From sequence record NC_022096.1: a DNA stretch of 64,000 nucleotides, one strand, 5' to 3'. A program made the translations under genes and the position numbers. Below are positions 36,507-46,500 of this stretch, piece after piece (position 1 is the stretch's first letter; the number at the start of each line of letters is the position of its first letter). Under the pieces are notes generated by a model. It was given only the letters and a program-made list of their open reading frames with translations. It did no database searches and was not told the origin of the DNA.

Positions 36507-36933
36507 TGTCAGCCCGATCTTTAGTATCGCGGATGACATTGAAATCACCAGCAAGGGTGTAAATACCTTTGAGCGGCTGGGTGCTGCGCATGACGGTTAT
36601 CACATAGCCGTCTTCTTTCGCCCAGTCGTGCAGGCGTCACTCCGCATCGACCACAAGAACCCGATCATCCTGAACCGATTCTGCACGATGTACAACTTCG
36701 TGAACAATCGTGGTACCGTGTACGGGCACCTGTTCGTAGTGAACGAGACCAAGCTGGAGATCATCGACAACCGCATGATTATCCGTTGCAACCAGCGCGA
36801 AAAGTACGACTTCGAGGCGCTGACCTTGAGCAACGAGAAGACCAAACTGCTGTTCTTCAAAAGCAGCTCAGGCTGCCTGCTGGTGCTCAGCGCTGGCAAC
36901 GAACAGTCCGAATACCTTATCAAGGAGGCGTAA
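36496..36933 (+). CDS. hypothetical protein
   Basis: ATG 36496 overlapping the clamp stop region. Confidence 0.62.
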   Translation: MTNDVSPIFSIADDIEITSKGVNTFERLGAAHDGYHIAVFFRPVVQASLRIDHKNPIILNRFCTMYNFVNNRGTVYGHLFVVNETKLEIIDNRMIIRCNQREKYDFEALTLSNEKTKLLFFKSSSGCLLVLSAGNEQSEYLIKEA

Positions 36934-37464
36934 ATGGACAAAGAGGATTTGGATCATCTGCGTCGAATCGTCAAGCGCGATGAGAAGTACAAGCGCTTCA
37001 AGGCCGCTGTCGATAAGAACCCGAACCTGCAATTGGCGTTCGAGGACCTGCACGATGAGATTGATCGGATGCAGCGCACGCGCTCCGTCCGCTCTCTGAA
37101 TCGCAAGGACAAGGACTTCACCAACTCCGTGATCGATGCGATGCTCATGGACGTTCGCTACCGGGGTCGCCTTGCTGAGATTCTTGCATCTTGTCTGGCT
37201 ATCACAGGAGGTTTTCAGGAGACGTTGCTTAACCTGCGTGATTACCTGCTGCTTGAGTACAGCGGCCGCCTTGGCAAGCATCGCACAACGAAAGACGAGC
37301 GGCGCAATTTCATGGAGAACGTCCTCCGTCCGTTCTTCCGTTACATCCACAAGGTGGAGCAACTGAAAGCCCACGCTGAGTTGATCGTCGCTGACATCGA
37401 CAAGACCAGCTATACCTACACCAACCTGGTAGCTGCCATCAAGCTGTTGGGGAAAGGCGAGTAA
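36934..37464 (+). CDS. hypothetical helical protein
   Basis: GGAGG RBS; directly upstream of the UvsW-like helicase. Confidence 0.68.
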   Translation: MDKEDLDHLRRIVKRDEKYKRFKAAVDKNPNLQLAFEDLHDEIDRMQRTRSVRSLNRKDKDFTNSVIDAMLMDVRYRGRLAEILASCLAITGGFQETLLNLRDYLLLEYSGRLGKHRTTKDERRNFMENVLRPFFRYIHKVEQLKAHAELIVADIDKTSYTYTNLVAAIKLLGKGE

Positions 37465-37471
37465 CTCGAAC

Positions 37472-39067
37472 ATGGCTGACATTATTGTCCGTGAGCGCAT
37501 GTACATCCCCAGCTATCTGGTGGATGAGCGCGACGTGAAGAAAAGGTACGTCCATCGGTTTTACGAGGAGTCGGCCTGTCGAAAATGTGATAACCGTTCC
37601 GAGCGGCACAACTACGTCTGCCAGAAGTGCCCGGCGTACACTGGCAAGAACGTCACCGTCAATGAGAAGATCGTCGATGGCGTTCACTACTACGGCATCC
37701 CATTGGGTGAACGCAAGAACCTGAAAGCTCATCTTGGTATCAAACCCAAGCGCCATACCTTCATCGACCTGCGCACAAAAGCAAAGCGCCGCTACGATGT
37801 CCGCATGGTGAACTTCAAGCCGTTCGATTACCAAGAACCTGCTGTCGAAAAGCTCGGCGATGCAGGTTTTGGCATTCTCAAAGCGCCGCCACGTTCCGGT
37901 AAGACTCCGACCATGCTCTACACGGGCATCAAGAAGTTCCCGTACCGCATCTGCATCATCGCTGACCAGAAGGAGTTCCTCGATCAGTTTCTGGCACACG
38001 TCGAGGAATTTACCAACCTGCCGCAGCTGGAGAAGAAGTACAAGAAGAAACTCTATGGTTACGGCAAGAAGCCCGAGGACTTCAAGAACTTCGAGATTAT
38101 CGTCTGCACCTACCAGACGTTCCTGAGCGAGAAAGGCAAGAAGCTGCTCAAGCTCCTGAACAAGAACTACGGCACTGTGTTCGTGGACGAGGTGCATTCC
38201 TCAGGTGCATTGAAATACTCCGAGTTCCTGAATGAGCTGGCAATGCGTGTGCGTATCGGTGCGACCGGTACCGACGACCGCAAGGACGGCAAGTACAAGA
38301 TCGTCGAACAGATCATGGGGCCCGTCACTGCGCTGATCGAACGTGACCAGTTGCAGGCGCAAGTCTTCGTGCATCCGTTGGACTTCGTGAAGTCCAAGAG
38401 CCAGTACAAAGGCCGCGCTGGCTTCACCTATTGTGTGAACTTCCTGAGTAAACACAAGAAGCGCAACCAGTTCATCGTTGACTGGGTGATGAAAGACTTG
38501 GAGAAAGGGCACAACCTGTTGATCCCTGTGTTCCGTAAAGAGCACGTCTGGGAACTGGTCAAGATGATCAACGACGAGGCTGGCAAGAAGATTGCTGATG
38601 GCTTCGTTGGTGGTGCCAAGAACAAGAAGGACATCGAGCGCAGACGTGAGGTACTGGAGAAGGCCAAGTCCGGCAAGATTCGCGTGGTCATCGGCATTCG
38701 CTCGCTGATGCAACGCGGCCTGAACGTCCCTCGCTGGAGCATGATCTACGGCGTCATGCCTATCAACAACGAACCAAACTGGAAGCAAGAGTCGTCGCGT
38801 GTGCTCACCCCGTTCGAAGGTAAGCGCAAGCCCGGCATCCGGCTCTTTGTGGACGAGCACATTGGGTTGACCTTGGGTTGCTTTGCTGGCACGTACAAGC
38901 AATGCCTCAAGTTCAAGCACAAGCCAACTGAGGTGGCAAGTGAACGAGCAATCAAACTCTTGGAGAAGCACCAAAGCCGCCGCGGTGGACGAGGCGGTGA
39001 CTTCATGGAGGACACCAAAGCAGTGCGATCAACCCCGAGAGCACTCGGCCGTCCATTCGGAGATTAA
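37472..39067 (+). CDS. SF2 DExH helicase, UvsW-like
   Basis: YQEPAV Q-motif, PPRSGKT, VDEVH, ATGT, QRGLNVP; N-terminal CxxC/CxxC. Confidence 0.85.
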   Translation: MADIIVRERMYIPSYLVDERDVKKRYVHRFYEESACRKCDNRSERHNYVCQKCPAYTGKNVTVNEKIVDGVHYYGIPLGERKNLKAHLGIKPKRHTFIDLRTKAKRRYDVRMVNFKPFDYQEPAVEKLGDAGFGILKAPPRSGKTPTMLYTGIKKFPYRICIIADQKEFLDQFLAHVEEFTNLPQLEKKYKKKLYGYGKKPEDFKNFEIIVCTYQTFLSEKGKKLLKLLNKNYGTVFVDEVHSSGALKYSEFLNELAMRVRIGATGTDDRKDGKYKIVEQIMGPVTALIERDQLQAQVFVHPLDFVKSKSQYKGRAGFTYCVNFLSKHKKRNQFIVDWVMKDLEKGHNLLIPVFRKEHVWELVKMINDEAGKKIADGFVGGAKNKKDIERRREVLEKAKSGKIRVVIGIRSLMQRGLNVPRWSMIYGVMPINNEPNWKQESSRVLTPFEGKRKPGIRLFVDEHIGLTLGCFAGTYKQCLKFKHKPTEVASERAIKLLEKHQSRRGGRGGDFMEDTKAVRSTPRALGRPFGD

Positions 39068-39068
39068 G

Positions 39069-39545
39069 CTGGTAGTTCATGAGGCCAAGATTCATCTTGG
39101 GCCCTCAGGACTCAAAGAGTACCACGGTCGTCAAGAGACGGCCGTGCTTGCCGGCATACTGCACAAGTCCGCATGTCGGCATAAGGTCTGGCGCCGCGTA
39201 GTCGCCAACGCCGTCGAGACGGAAAACTCCGTGTTGCTGCTCGAAGGGCCTGAGGCCAGATTCGAGGCCGACAAGGTGTGCAAGTACGTCAAAGGTGATG
39301 TGGACGTGATGTCACCTGCTGAGTACCTGCAATCTGTAAACAGAGCAAAGATAGTCTTCTGTCCAGTCGCACCCAGTATGATCAAGGCATATCCAGACCT
39401 GATCAACGTGTTGCTGGACGCTAACGAATTGCATACGATACTCTCCTATGACCAAGCGCAGGAAAGATTTCTTACAAGACTTAGACAACGAGCTGCAAAG
39501 CGTCGATCCCAAGTCTCTACGCTCATCTATCGCGAAGGAAGATGA
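39069..39545 (+). CDS. hypothetical protein, start codon uncertain
   Basis: Open frame 38883..39545 fills the gap; no ATG near the expected start; CTG at 39069 follows GGAG. Confidence 0.45.
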   Translation: MVVHEAKIHLGPSGLKEYHGRQETAVLAGILHKSACRHKVWRRVVANAVETENSVLLLEGPEARFEADKVCKYVKGDVDVMSPAEYLQSVNRAKIVFCPVAPSMIKAYPDLINVLLDANELHTILSYDQAQERFLTRLRQRAAKRRSQVSTLIYREGR

Positions 39546-40257
39546 GGTTGCCCTGAATTTCCGCTTCGATAACGTCCGCCAGAAGCTGCTCAAGTCGCGT
39601 GGTGTTGACGGCTACCCGTTCAGTCTGGCGCGTTCCCCGTTTGTGTTGGAGGATGCCCTGGTGCGGATCAAGCCGATCGTCCTCGACGTTCAGGCCCTCG
39701 CAAAGAAGACCCAGAACGAACAGCGCGACGCCGTTGCCCTGCTCCAGTCCAAGCACGCCATCACGTGGTTGCCGGAAGAGTTTGTGATGCGCAGCGTGTC
39801 GATCAAGAAGCAGCTCGCCAACATCCACAAGGTGATGGAGAACCCGCTTCGTGGTAGTTACACGATGGCGATTGGCAGTTATCCGAGCGACACTAGAGCC
39901 AAGCTGCTGGCGCTAAACTTCATGGATCGTGCGATTACGGCACAGCAAGCCGGCCAGCATCGTGGACGTGCGTACCCACTCTGGCACACTCTCTACGGTA
40001 ACCAGTGGGACAGCCTGCGCGACGCCCGCGAGGAAGAGCATTTCAGTATGCTCATCATCACCAACGTCGGCATGGACAGCAGCACAACCAAGCTGGAGAA
40101 GCTGCGCGACTTGCTGGTGAAGTACGGTAACGTGCCAAAGATCGTCGTCGTCAACGGCTGCGATCCCGTGACCTTCTTCGCTGAGAAGGTGCGCCTACCC
40201 CTCAACTATGCGTTCTACCTGTCGGCGGAACAAAAAGCCTCTATCATGGACATCTAA
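39448..40257 (+). CDS. hypothetical protein, possibly a degenerate DnaC/IstB-like P-loop fold
   Basis: MAIGSYPSDTRAK at a Walker A-like position and MLIITNVG at a Walker B-like position, both non-canonical. Confidence 0.5.
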   Translation: MTKRRKDFLQDLDNELQSVDPKSLRSSIAKEDEVALNFRFDNVRQKLLKSRGVDGYPFSLARSPFVLEDALVRIKPIVLDVQALAKKTQNEQRDAVALLQSKHAITWLPEEFVMRSVSIKKQLANIHKVMENPLRGSYTMAIGSYPSDTRAKLLALNFMDRAITAQQAGQHRGRAYPLWHTLYGNQWDSLRDAREEEHFSMLIITNVGMDSSTTKLEKLRDLLVKYGNVPKIVVVNGCDPVTFFAEKVRLPLNYAFYLSAEQKASIMDI

Positions 40258-40259
40258 AC

Positions 40260-41093
40260 ATGGGACCACAAGCCACGCTCCTGGATGAAATCGACGAAAT
40301 GATCGATGCCATCAAGCAAACGCACTCCAACATGGAGCGCGTGTATGCCGTCTACCTTCCGCACTTCCCGGAGCAGTCCAAGGTCATCGATGATCTGAAC
40401 CAGTTGATCAACGCCGCCGACAGTCCTGATTCCACGCCAGTTGCGCGTCACGATAAGTCAGGCGCCCTGGTCAAAGTGGACAGTGGCCTGAACATCGCAC
40501 AAGATGTCCAGCGTATCCGCGAACAGCAGCAGACGGTAGAGGCTGAACAGCCGAAGGAAAAGACGCAGGAGGAAATGAAGGAAGAGTGGGGCAGCATGGC
40601 GTTGCGCACCCTGTTCCGAAAGATCAACCAGCTCTGCCATCCTGACAAGTGCAAACGGTTCAGTCACATTGAGGTGAAGAAACTCCGCGAGGTGTTTGAC
40701 GACGCTCATCGCGCCTACGCCGACCGTGATCGATATACGCTGAATCTGCTGTTCATCCGTGCCTGCTACATCCGCGGAGAACTGGATCGCCTGCCTCGTG
40801 AAGTGGTGCAGGACATCCAGAAGCGCCACACCGATCTGGTGCTGGACTTCCAGGCTCTCGCCATGCACCCGTTGTATCAGGTGCTGTTTGCCCACATGCA
40901 AGGACAGCACTACACGGCCAAGATCAAGTTCGGTGAGTTTCTGGTTACGCACATCCAGCGGTTGAACGATGAGCTGGAGCGTGTCCGTAAACTCAACGCC
41001 GCGACCAAGGCCATGTTTGATGAACTACATGCCGCCCACGAGGAGAAGAAATTCAAAGATACCGTGGACATGGTCGAATCCTCTGCCGATTAA
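40260..41093 (+). CDS. J-domain (DnaJ-like HPD) containing protein
   Basis: LRTLFRKINQLCHPDK...LREVFDDAHRAY. Confidence 0.68.
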   Translation: MGPQATLLDEIDEMIDAIKQTHSNMERVYAVYLPHFPEQSKVIDDLNQLINAADSPDSTPVARHDKSGALVKVDSGLNIAQDVQRIREQQQTVEAEQPKEKTQEEMKEEWGSMALRTLFRKINQLCHPDKCKRFSHIEVKKLREVFDDAHRAYADRDRYTLNLLFIRACYIRGELDRLPREVVQDIQKRHTDLVLDFQALAMHPLYQVLFAHMQGQHYTAKIKFGEFLVTHIQRLNDELERVRKLNAATKAMFDELHAAHEEKKFKDTVDMVESSAD

Positions 41094-41098
41094 CCCAA

Positions 41099-41124
41099 AC
41101 GGAGCCCATTGCGGCTCCGTTTTT
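41099..41124 (+). terminator. rho-independent terminator
   Basis: ACGGAGCC-CATTGC-GGCTCCGT-TTTT. Confidence 0.88.
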
Positions 41125-41151
41125 CGTTTCCGTCAACCAGTTCGTTGGTGT

Positions 41152-41159
41152 GCTAATTT
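41152..41159 (+). promoter_or_regulatory. putative class B promoter element GCTAATTT
   Basis: Between the terminator and the tail sheath gene. Confidence 0.42.
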
Positions 41160-41255
41160 ACTCCGTACAATGTCAGTCATGGTTTCGTTGTACCATAGAC
41201 GGTTGTCCAGTGTTTCCATACCAACTATACGAGAAACTGTTGACGGAGACCTAAC

Positions 41256-42899
41256 ATGGTCAGTAAAGTTCATCCCAGTGCCGGTGTATATCCGAATGAA
41301 AAGGATATGTCCGTGCGCGCCGCCGCGGCCTCGACTTCCATTGTCGGTACCGTAGGTGAAGCCTCCATGGGCGCGGTCAATGTGATCGTGGACATCTTCG
41401 ACAACGAAGACCTGCGCTCCAAATTCGGCACGCCCAACGCGCAGAAGTACGGATTCGCTCTGTACTGTGCCGAACAGGCGCTTTCCCAAACCAAGGCCCT
41501 CAAGTTCATCCGTGTGGTAAACACCGATGCGCTGACTGCTGGTGCCTACCTAACCATTGACGACCCGGCTCAAACCATTCCGAACGTCCGTCTGAACGTC
41601 TTCGATGACGGCAGCAACAACCCTCGCGGTGTCTGGGACCCGGAAAACAACCTGGGCTTCACGGCAGATCAAGATGCCGTGGATCGCGTGCTCGGTTACT
41701 TCGCCGCAGCCAACCCGGGTGCGTGGAACGACCGCCTGAGCATCAAGGTACGTCCGTCGAATCCGAGCGGTGTTGACGTGAGCGACGAACGCCACTACAA
41801 CCCGTACCAGTTCTGGGTAGATGTTTACCTGGACTTCAAGAACGCCAACAGCCGTCCGGTGGAATCCTACCTGGTTAGCCGCGTTTACGAGCTGAACGGT
41901 GACGGCGATCAGATGTACTGGGAAGACGCGATCAACCTGCGTTCGCGCTATATCCGCGTCAAGAACAACCCGTTCTGCGGTCCGGTCAAGATCAAGAAGG
42001 AAGCCTTCGAGTTCCTGAAAGGCGGCAGCGATGGTACTCGCCCGACCGAGGCGCAGATCGCCGCAGCTTACGAGGAATTTGCCGATACCGAAACGGTTGA
42101 CGTGAACATCCTCATGAACTCCGGTTACACCACGCCGCTGGTTCAGCGCAAGATGGTGAGCATCTGTGAGAATCGCGGCGACGCGCTCGCAGTGCTGGAC
42201 GTACCGGATGCGGAACACGAAGCTGCCCGTGCCGTGAACTACGCCACGAACACGCTCAACGTGAACTCCAGCTACGCCGGTTTGTACACGCCGTTCGTGC
42301 AAATCCGCGATACGCACAACGACAAGACCCTGTTCATTCCGCCGTCTGGTCATGTGTGTGCTGCTATGGCGTACACCGACTACAACCGTGCCGTCTGGTT
42401 CGCACCTGCTGGTCTGTCTCGTGGTACCGTCAAGGTCCTGGGCATTCGCACCAAGTACAACCAAGGTGCACGCGATGCGCTCGACCGTGCCCACATCAAC
42501 CCGATTCGCAACATCCCGGGTCGTGGTTACGTCATCATGGGCCAAGAAACCCTGCAAGCGTTCGCGTCCGCATTCAGCAACATCAACGTCCGCCGTCTGG
42601 TCAACTTCGTCAAGAAGTCGCTGGCGTCTGCGTGTGCAGTCTCCAACTTCGATCCGAACGATTCGATCACACGCCTCAGCCTGAAAGGTATCTGCGACGA
42701 CTTCCTGCGTCCGATCCGACAGGGCCGCGGCCTGTATGCGTTCGAGATTGTGTGCGATATGCGCAACAACGACCCGGCAGACATCGCCAATGGCGACCTG
42801 GTGCTGGATGTCTACCTCGACCCGGTCATCCCGGCCAAGCGTGTCCATGTGACATCGCACATCATGCCGACCGGCACGTACTTCGACGAAAACAACTGA
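41256..42899 (+). CDS. contractile tail sheath protein
   Basis: N-terminal AGVYPNEKDMS; C-terminal PPSGHV, WFAPAGLSRG, INPIR, GQETL, INVRRL. Confidence 0.92.
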   Translation: MVSKVHPSAGVYPNEKDMSVRAAAASTSIVGTVGEASMGAVNVIVDIFDNEDLRSKFGTPNAQKYGFALYCAEQALSQTKALKFIRVVNTDALTAGAYLTIDDPAQTIPNVRLNVFDDGSNNPRGVWDPENNLGFTADQDAVDRVLGYFAAANPGAWNDRLSIKVRPSNPSGVDVSDERHYNPYQFWVDVYLDFKNANSRPVESYLVSRVYELNGDGDQMYWEDAINLRSRYIRVKNNPFCGPVKIKKEAFEFLKGGSDGTRPTEAQIAAAYEEFADTETVDVNILMNSGYTTPLVQRKMVSICENRGDALAVLDVPDAEHEAARAVNYATNTLNVNSSYAGLYTPFVQIRDTHNDKTLFIPPSGHVCAAMAYTDYNRAVWFAPAGLSRGTVKVLGIRTKYNQGARDALDRAHINPIRNIPGRGYVIMGQETLQAFASAFSNINVRRLVNFVKKSLASACAVSNFDPNDSITRLSLKGICDDFLRPIRQGRGLYAFEIVCDMRNNDPADIANGDLVLDVYLDPVIPAKRVHVTSHIMPTGTYFDENN

Positions 42900-42909
42900 G
42901 AGGCGGAAA

Positions 42910-43554
42910 ATGTCTGAACTTCGTCTGGACCAACTGATTGACGATCTGGAGTCCATCTCCAATCTTCAAAACATGGACCCGCTGAACCCGATCGTGGTTC
43001 GCCTGTCCCACCCGACCAACCGTACCGTCACCGTAGTGGTGTGCGCGCAGAAAGAGCCCTCGCTGCTCATCCTGCCGCTGAACGTCACCTGGATCGACTT
43101 CGATCCGCTGTCGGCCAACTATCGCAAAGCACTGCGCCGCGTCTCCAAGGACGTGGATACCGTGCACGGTCGTGACCACACCTGGGAAATCATCGAGAAC
43201 TACAACGATGTCTTCGTCACCCAGTATTACGACGCCGAAGACACCGCTCAACTGACCACACAGAACCCGGTGCCGGCCGCCTCGCCGACCATCATGGGTG
43301 TGGCCCGTATCTCGGTTCCGGCCCAAGTGTCGAGCAACCCCGTCGTGGTAGCCGAAGGCGACCCGCGTCTGTCCGACGCTCGTCCGCCGACTGGCCACAC
43401 GCACGAAGAAGTGCCTGCAACCCAGATCAAAACGTCCACGGGTGTTGTCACCATCGGCGGCAGCGAAGCTCCCGTCGCCGGCGCTGCTCTCGTAGCAACC
43501 GGTCCGACTACCGCCGTATGGCGTAAGCTGACCACCTCGGACATCCAGAACTGA
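42910..43554 (+). CDS. virion structural protein, paralog of the N-terminal domain of 43571..48145
   Basis: Shared NPI.V.L, LP.NV.WI..DP.S..Y.K.LRR and D.R.S.AR.P..HTH blocks; GAGG RBS. Confidence 0.7.
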   Translation: MSELRLDQLIDDLESISNLQNMDPLNPIVVRLSHPTNRTVTVVVCAQKEPSLLILPLNVTWIDFDPLSANYRKALRRVSKDVDTVHGRDHTWEIIENYNDVFVTQYYDAEDTAQLTTQNPVPAASPTIMGVARISVPAQVSSNPVVVAEGDPRLSDARPPTGHTHEEVPATQIKTSTGVVTIGGSEAPVAGAALVATGPTTAVWRKLTTSDIQN

Positions 43555-43570
43555 TCGGAGAAGATCGAAT

Positions 43571-46500
43571 ATGGCAACCCTGGCCGAATTCATTCGTCAG
43601 GCGGTGGCACTGGCTGACTACCGGAACCTCGCAGTGGAGAACCCGATCCCTGTGCAGCTTCCGCTGGGCAACGGCGAGAACATGACTGTTGTGGTATCCT
43701 TCATGGAGCCCAACAACGTCACTCTGCCGTTCAACGTCAGCTGGATCGTCGTCGATCCTGATTCCAACGACTACCTGAAAGTGCTGCGCCGTACCTCTGC
43801 TCTTCCGATGCCGGGCTATCGCAACACCTGGGTGGAAATCACCACCATGGAAGACCTCATCGCAGAGCCTCAGTTCTGGGACCTCAGCAGCGGGTTCAAC
43901 CTCGGTGAAGTCGAAGCTCCCCAGCTCGGTGCCGCTACGATTGACGTGCGCGGCCTTGTGCAACTGAACCGCGAGTACGCTCCTGACCGCGATAACCCGC
44001 TGGTTGTCGGCAGCAACGACGCTCGTATGTCCAACGCCCGTACTCCGCTGCCGCATACGCACCCGAAGCTCCCCATCACCATGATGCGCGGCGCTACTGG
44101 GATCAATGCGTACACGGCCAAGATCGGCACCGCCAATTCGCCGAAAGCAGGCGAGATTCTGACCATCACTGGCCCGGGTGCTCAGCCCAATGAGTGGCTG
44201 GGCGAATGGCGTCGTCCGACTGCGGCCGATCTGGTATACGACGGTCCTACGTTCGATGACCTGATCATCAACGGCCCAGTTGGCAACACCATCGACGAAA
44301 CCATGCCGTTCACGTTCTCCGCTGACGCGGCATTCAGCGATGGTCAGACCATCGTTGGCGTTGCTGCTTCGTGGTCTGTGATCGGTAACGGCCAGTACGC
44401 CTCGATCGGTACCCTGACTGGTATCTTCCAGTCGCTGGACGTTGATCAGGACCAGACCGTGCGCGTCGAAGCTCGCTGGACTCACCCGGAATCGGGCGTA
44501 CAGCGCAGCAAGTTCGTGGACATCCTCGTGGTCGACCGTACCATCCAGGTCAACCTCGTCAGCATCGAACTGAACGGTCCGGACGAAATCGAAGAAAACA
44601 GCATCGCCACGTACACCGTGACGGCGCACTTCGACAACGGCACCAGCACTGGCGTAACCCCGACGACGTTCACTTCGTCCAACCCGGGTGCCGGTGAGTT
44701 CAACGCTGAGACCGGCGTATTGGAAGTTGGTGAACTCACCACCGACCAGACCACTACGATCAGCGCGACCTACAACTTCAATGGCGTTACTCGGGATGCT
44801 ACCTTGCAGGTTAGCTGCCTGGACACCACTGTCTATCCGGCCAATGCCGTGATCGTAGGTCCGAACACCGTTGACGAAAACACCACCGTGAACTTCGTGC
44901 TGCGTGTGACCTACACCAACGGCACTCAGGTGGACGTCGCTGCTTCCGACTGGGCTTCCAGCGACGAAGAAGCAGGTACTATCAACGCGACCACAGGCGA
45001 GTTCGTGGCTGCGACCAACCTGTTCGAGGACAAGCAGACCGTACTCACGGCCAGCTACACTCTGGAAGGTCGTACCGTCAATGCGTCCAAGCAAGTGCTG
45101 GTCAAGGACGTCACTGTGTACCCGCGCAGTGCCACGATCTTGGGCATGGCTTCGGTCAACGAAGGTACCATCGCGCAGTACCAGTTCCGCGTGACGTTCA
45201 GCGACGACACCTCGGCTGTTGTTTCCGTGTCCAACTGGGCACTCGACAACCCGGCCGTCGGCACCATCAACCCGACCACCGGTCAACTCGTTGCGGCTGC
45301 CGATGTCAGTGTGGACACTCTGGGCGTCATCAGCGCCTCGTACTCCGCCAACGGCCAGACTGTGAGCGCCACGTTCAACGTGACTGTCACCGACGAGACC
45401 AACTATCCGGCGTCCGCTCGCATCGTGGGCAACGCTCAGATGGATGAGAACTCGACCCAGACCGTGACGTTCGAGGTGACCTACACCGACGGTAGCAAGG
45501 TAATCGAGTCGATCACCAACTGGGCTTCGTCCAACACCAGCGCTGCAACCATCGGTGCCGCAAGTGGCCTGGTAACCGCTGCTGTGAACCTCACGGCGAA
45601 CGGCACCACTACGATCAGCGGCAGCTTCACCCGCGATGGTCGTACCGTGACGGCCGAACTGGCGTTGACTGTGCGTGACACCACGAACTATCCTGTGAGT
45701 GCTGTCATCAACGGTCCTGCAACCATCAACGAAGGCGGGCAGGCAGACTATACGCTGGCTGTTACCTTCACCGATGGCACTACGGCAAACCGTGCAGCCA
45801 ACTGGAGCATCACTGGTGGCAACGGCGCTACGATCAATACGTCGGGTCGCGTAACTGCACCTGCAAACGTGGACGCCAACACCGGCGCTACGATCAACGC
45901 CTCGTTCACTCTGGACGGTCGTACGGTCAACGCACCTGCACGTGCAATCCAGATCATCGATACGACTGTGTATCCGAGCACGGCGCGCATCATCGGCCCG
46001 AACTCGGTCCCGGAAAACACGTCGCAGACGTACCAGCTGGAAGTTACCTTCAGCGATGCCACCAAGGCTATCGTGCCGGTTACCAACTGGGCGTCCAGTG
46101 TGCCTACTACAGGTACCATTGACGCGAACACCGGCCTGTTCAGTGCTCTGGAAACCACCGGCAACAAGGTCACCAAAATCACCGCGTCGTACACTGCACA
46201 AGGCCGCACTGTCGGCAGCGAGCTGAACATCACTGTGGTTGACGCCACCAACTATCCGGTCTCGGCCGCGATTGAAGGTCCGGCTGTCGTGGCTGAGGAT
46301 GGCACTGCGCAGTACAACCTGCGGGTGACGTTCACCGATACCACGTCGTCTTTGGTGCCAGTCACTGACTGGGCATCGAGCAACGAGGGCGTTGGCGTCA
46401 TCAACCCGACCACTGGTGCGTTTGTCGCTGCTGCAAACCTGCTGGCCGATGGCACTACCACGATCAGCGCGTCGTACACGTCCGAAGGTATCCGCGTCGA

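Noticed and set aside
36934-37464. UvsY-like recombination mediator call
   Set aside because: Based only on adjacency to a UvsW-like helicase and helical character; no sequence motif supports it.
24541-39067. Inteins or introns in the helicases and polymerase
   Set aside because: No C/S...HN-C/S/T splice junctions or LAGLIDADG motifs noticed; catalytic motifs are contiguous in single frames.
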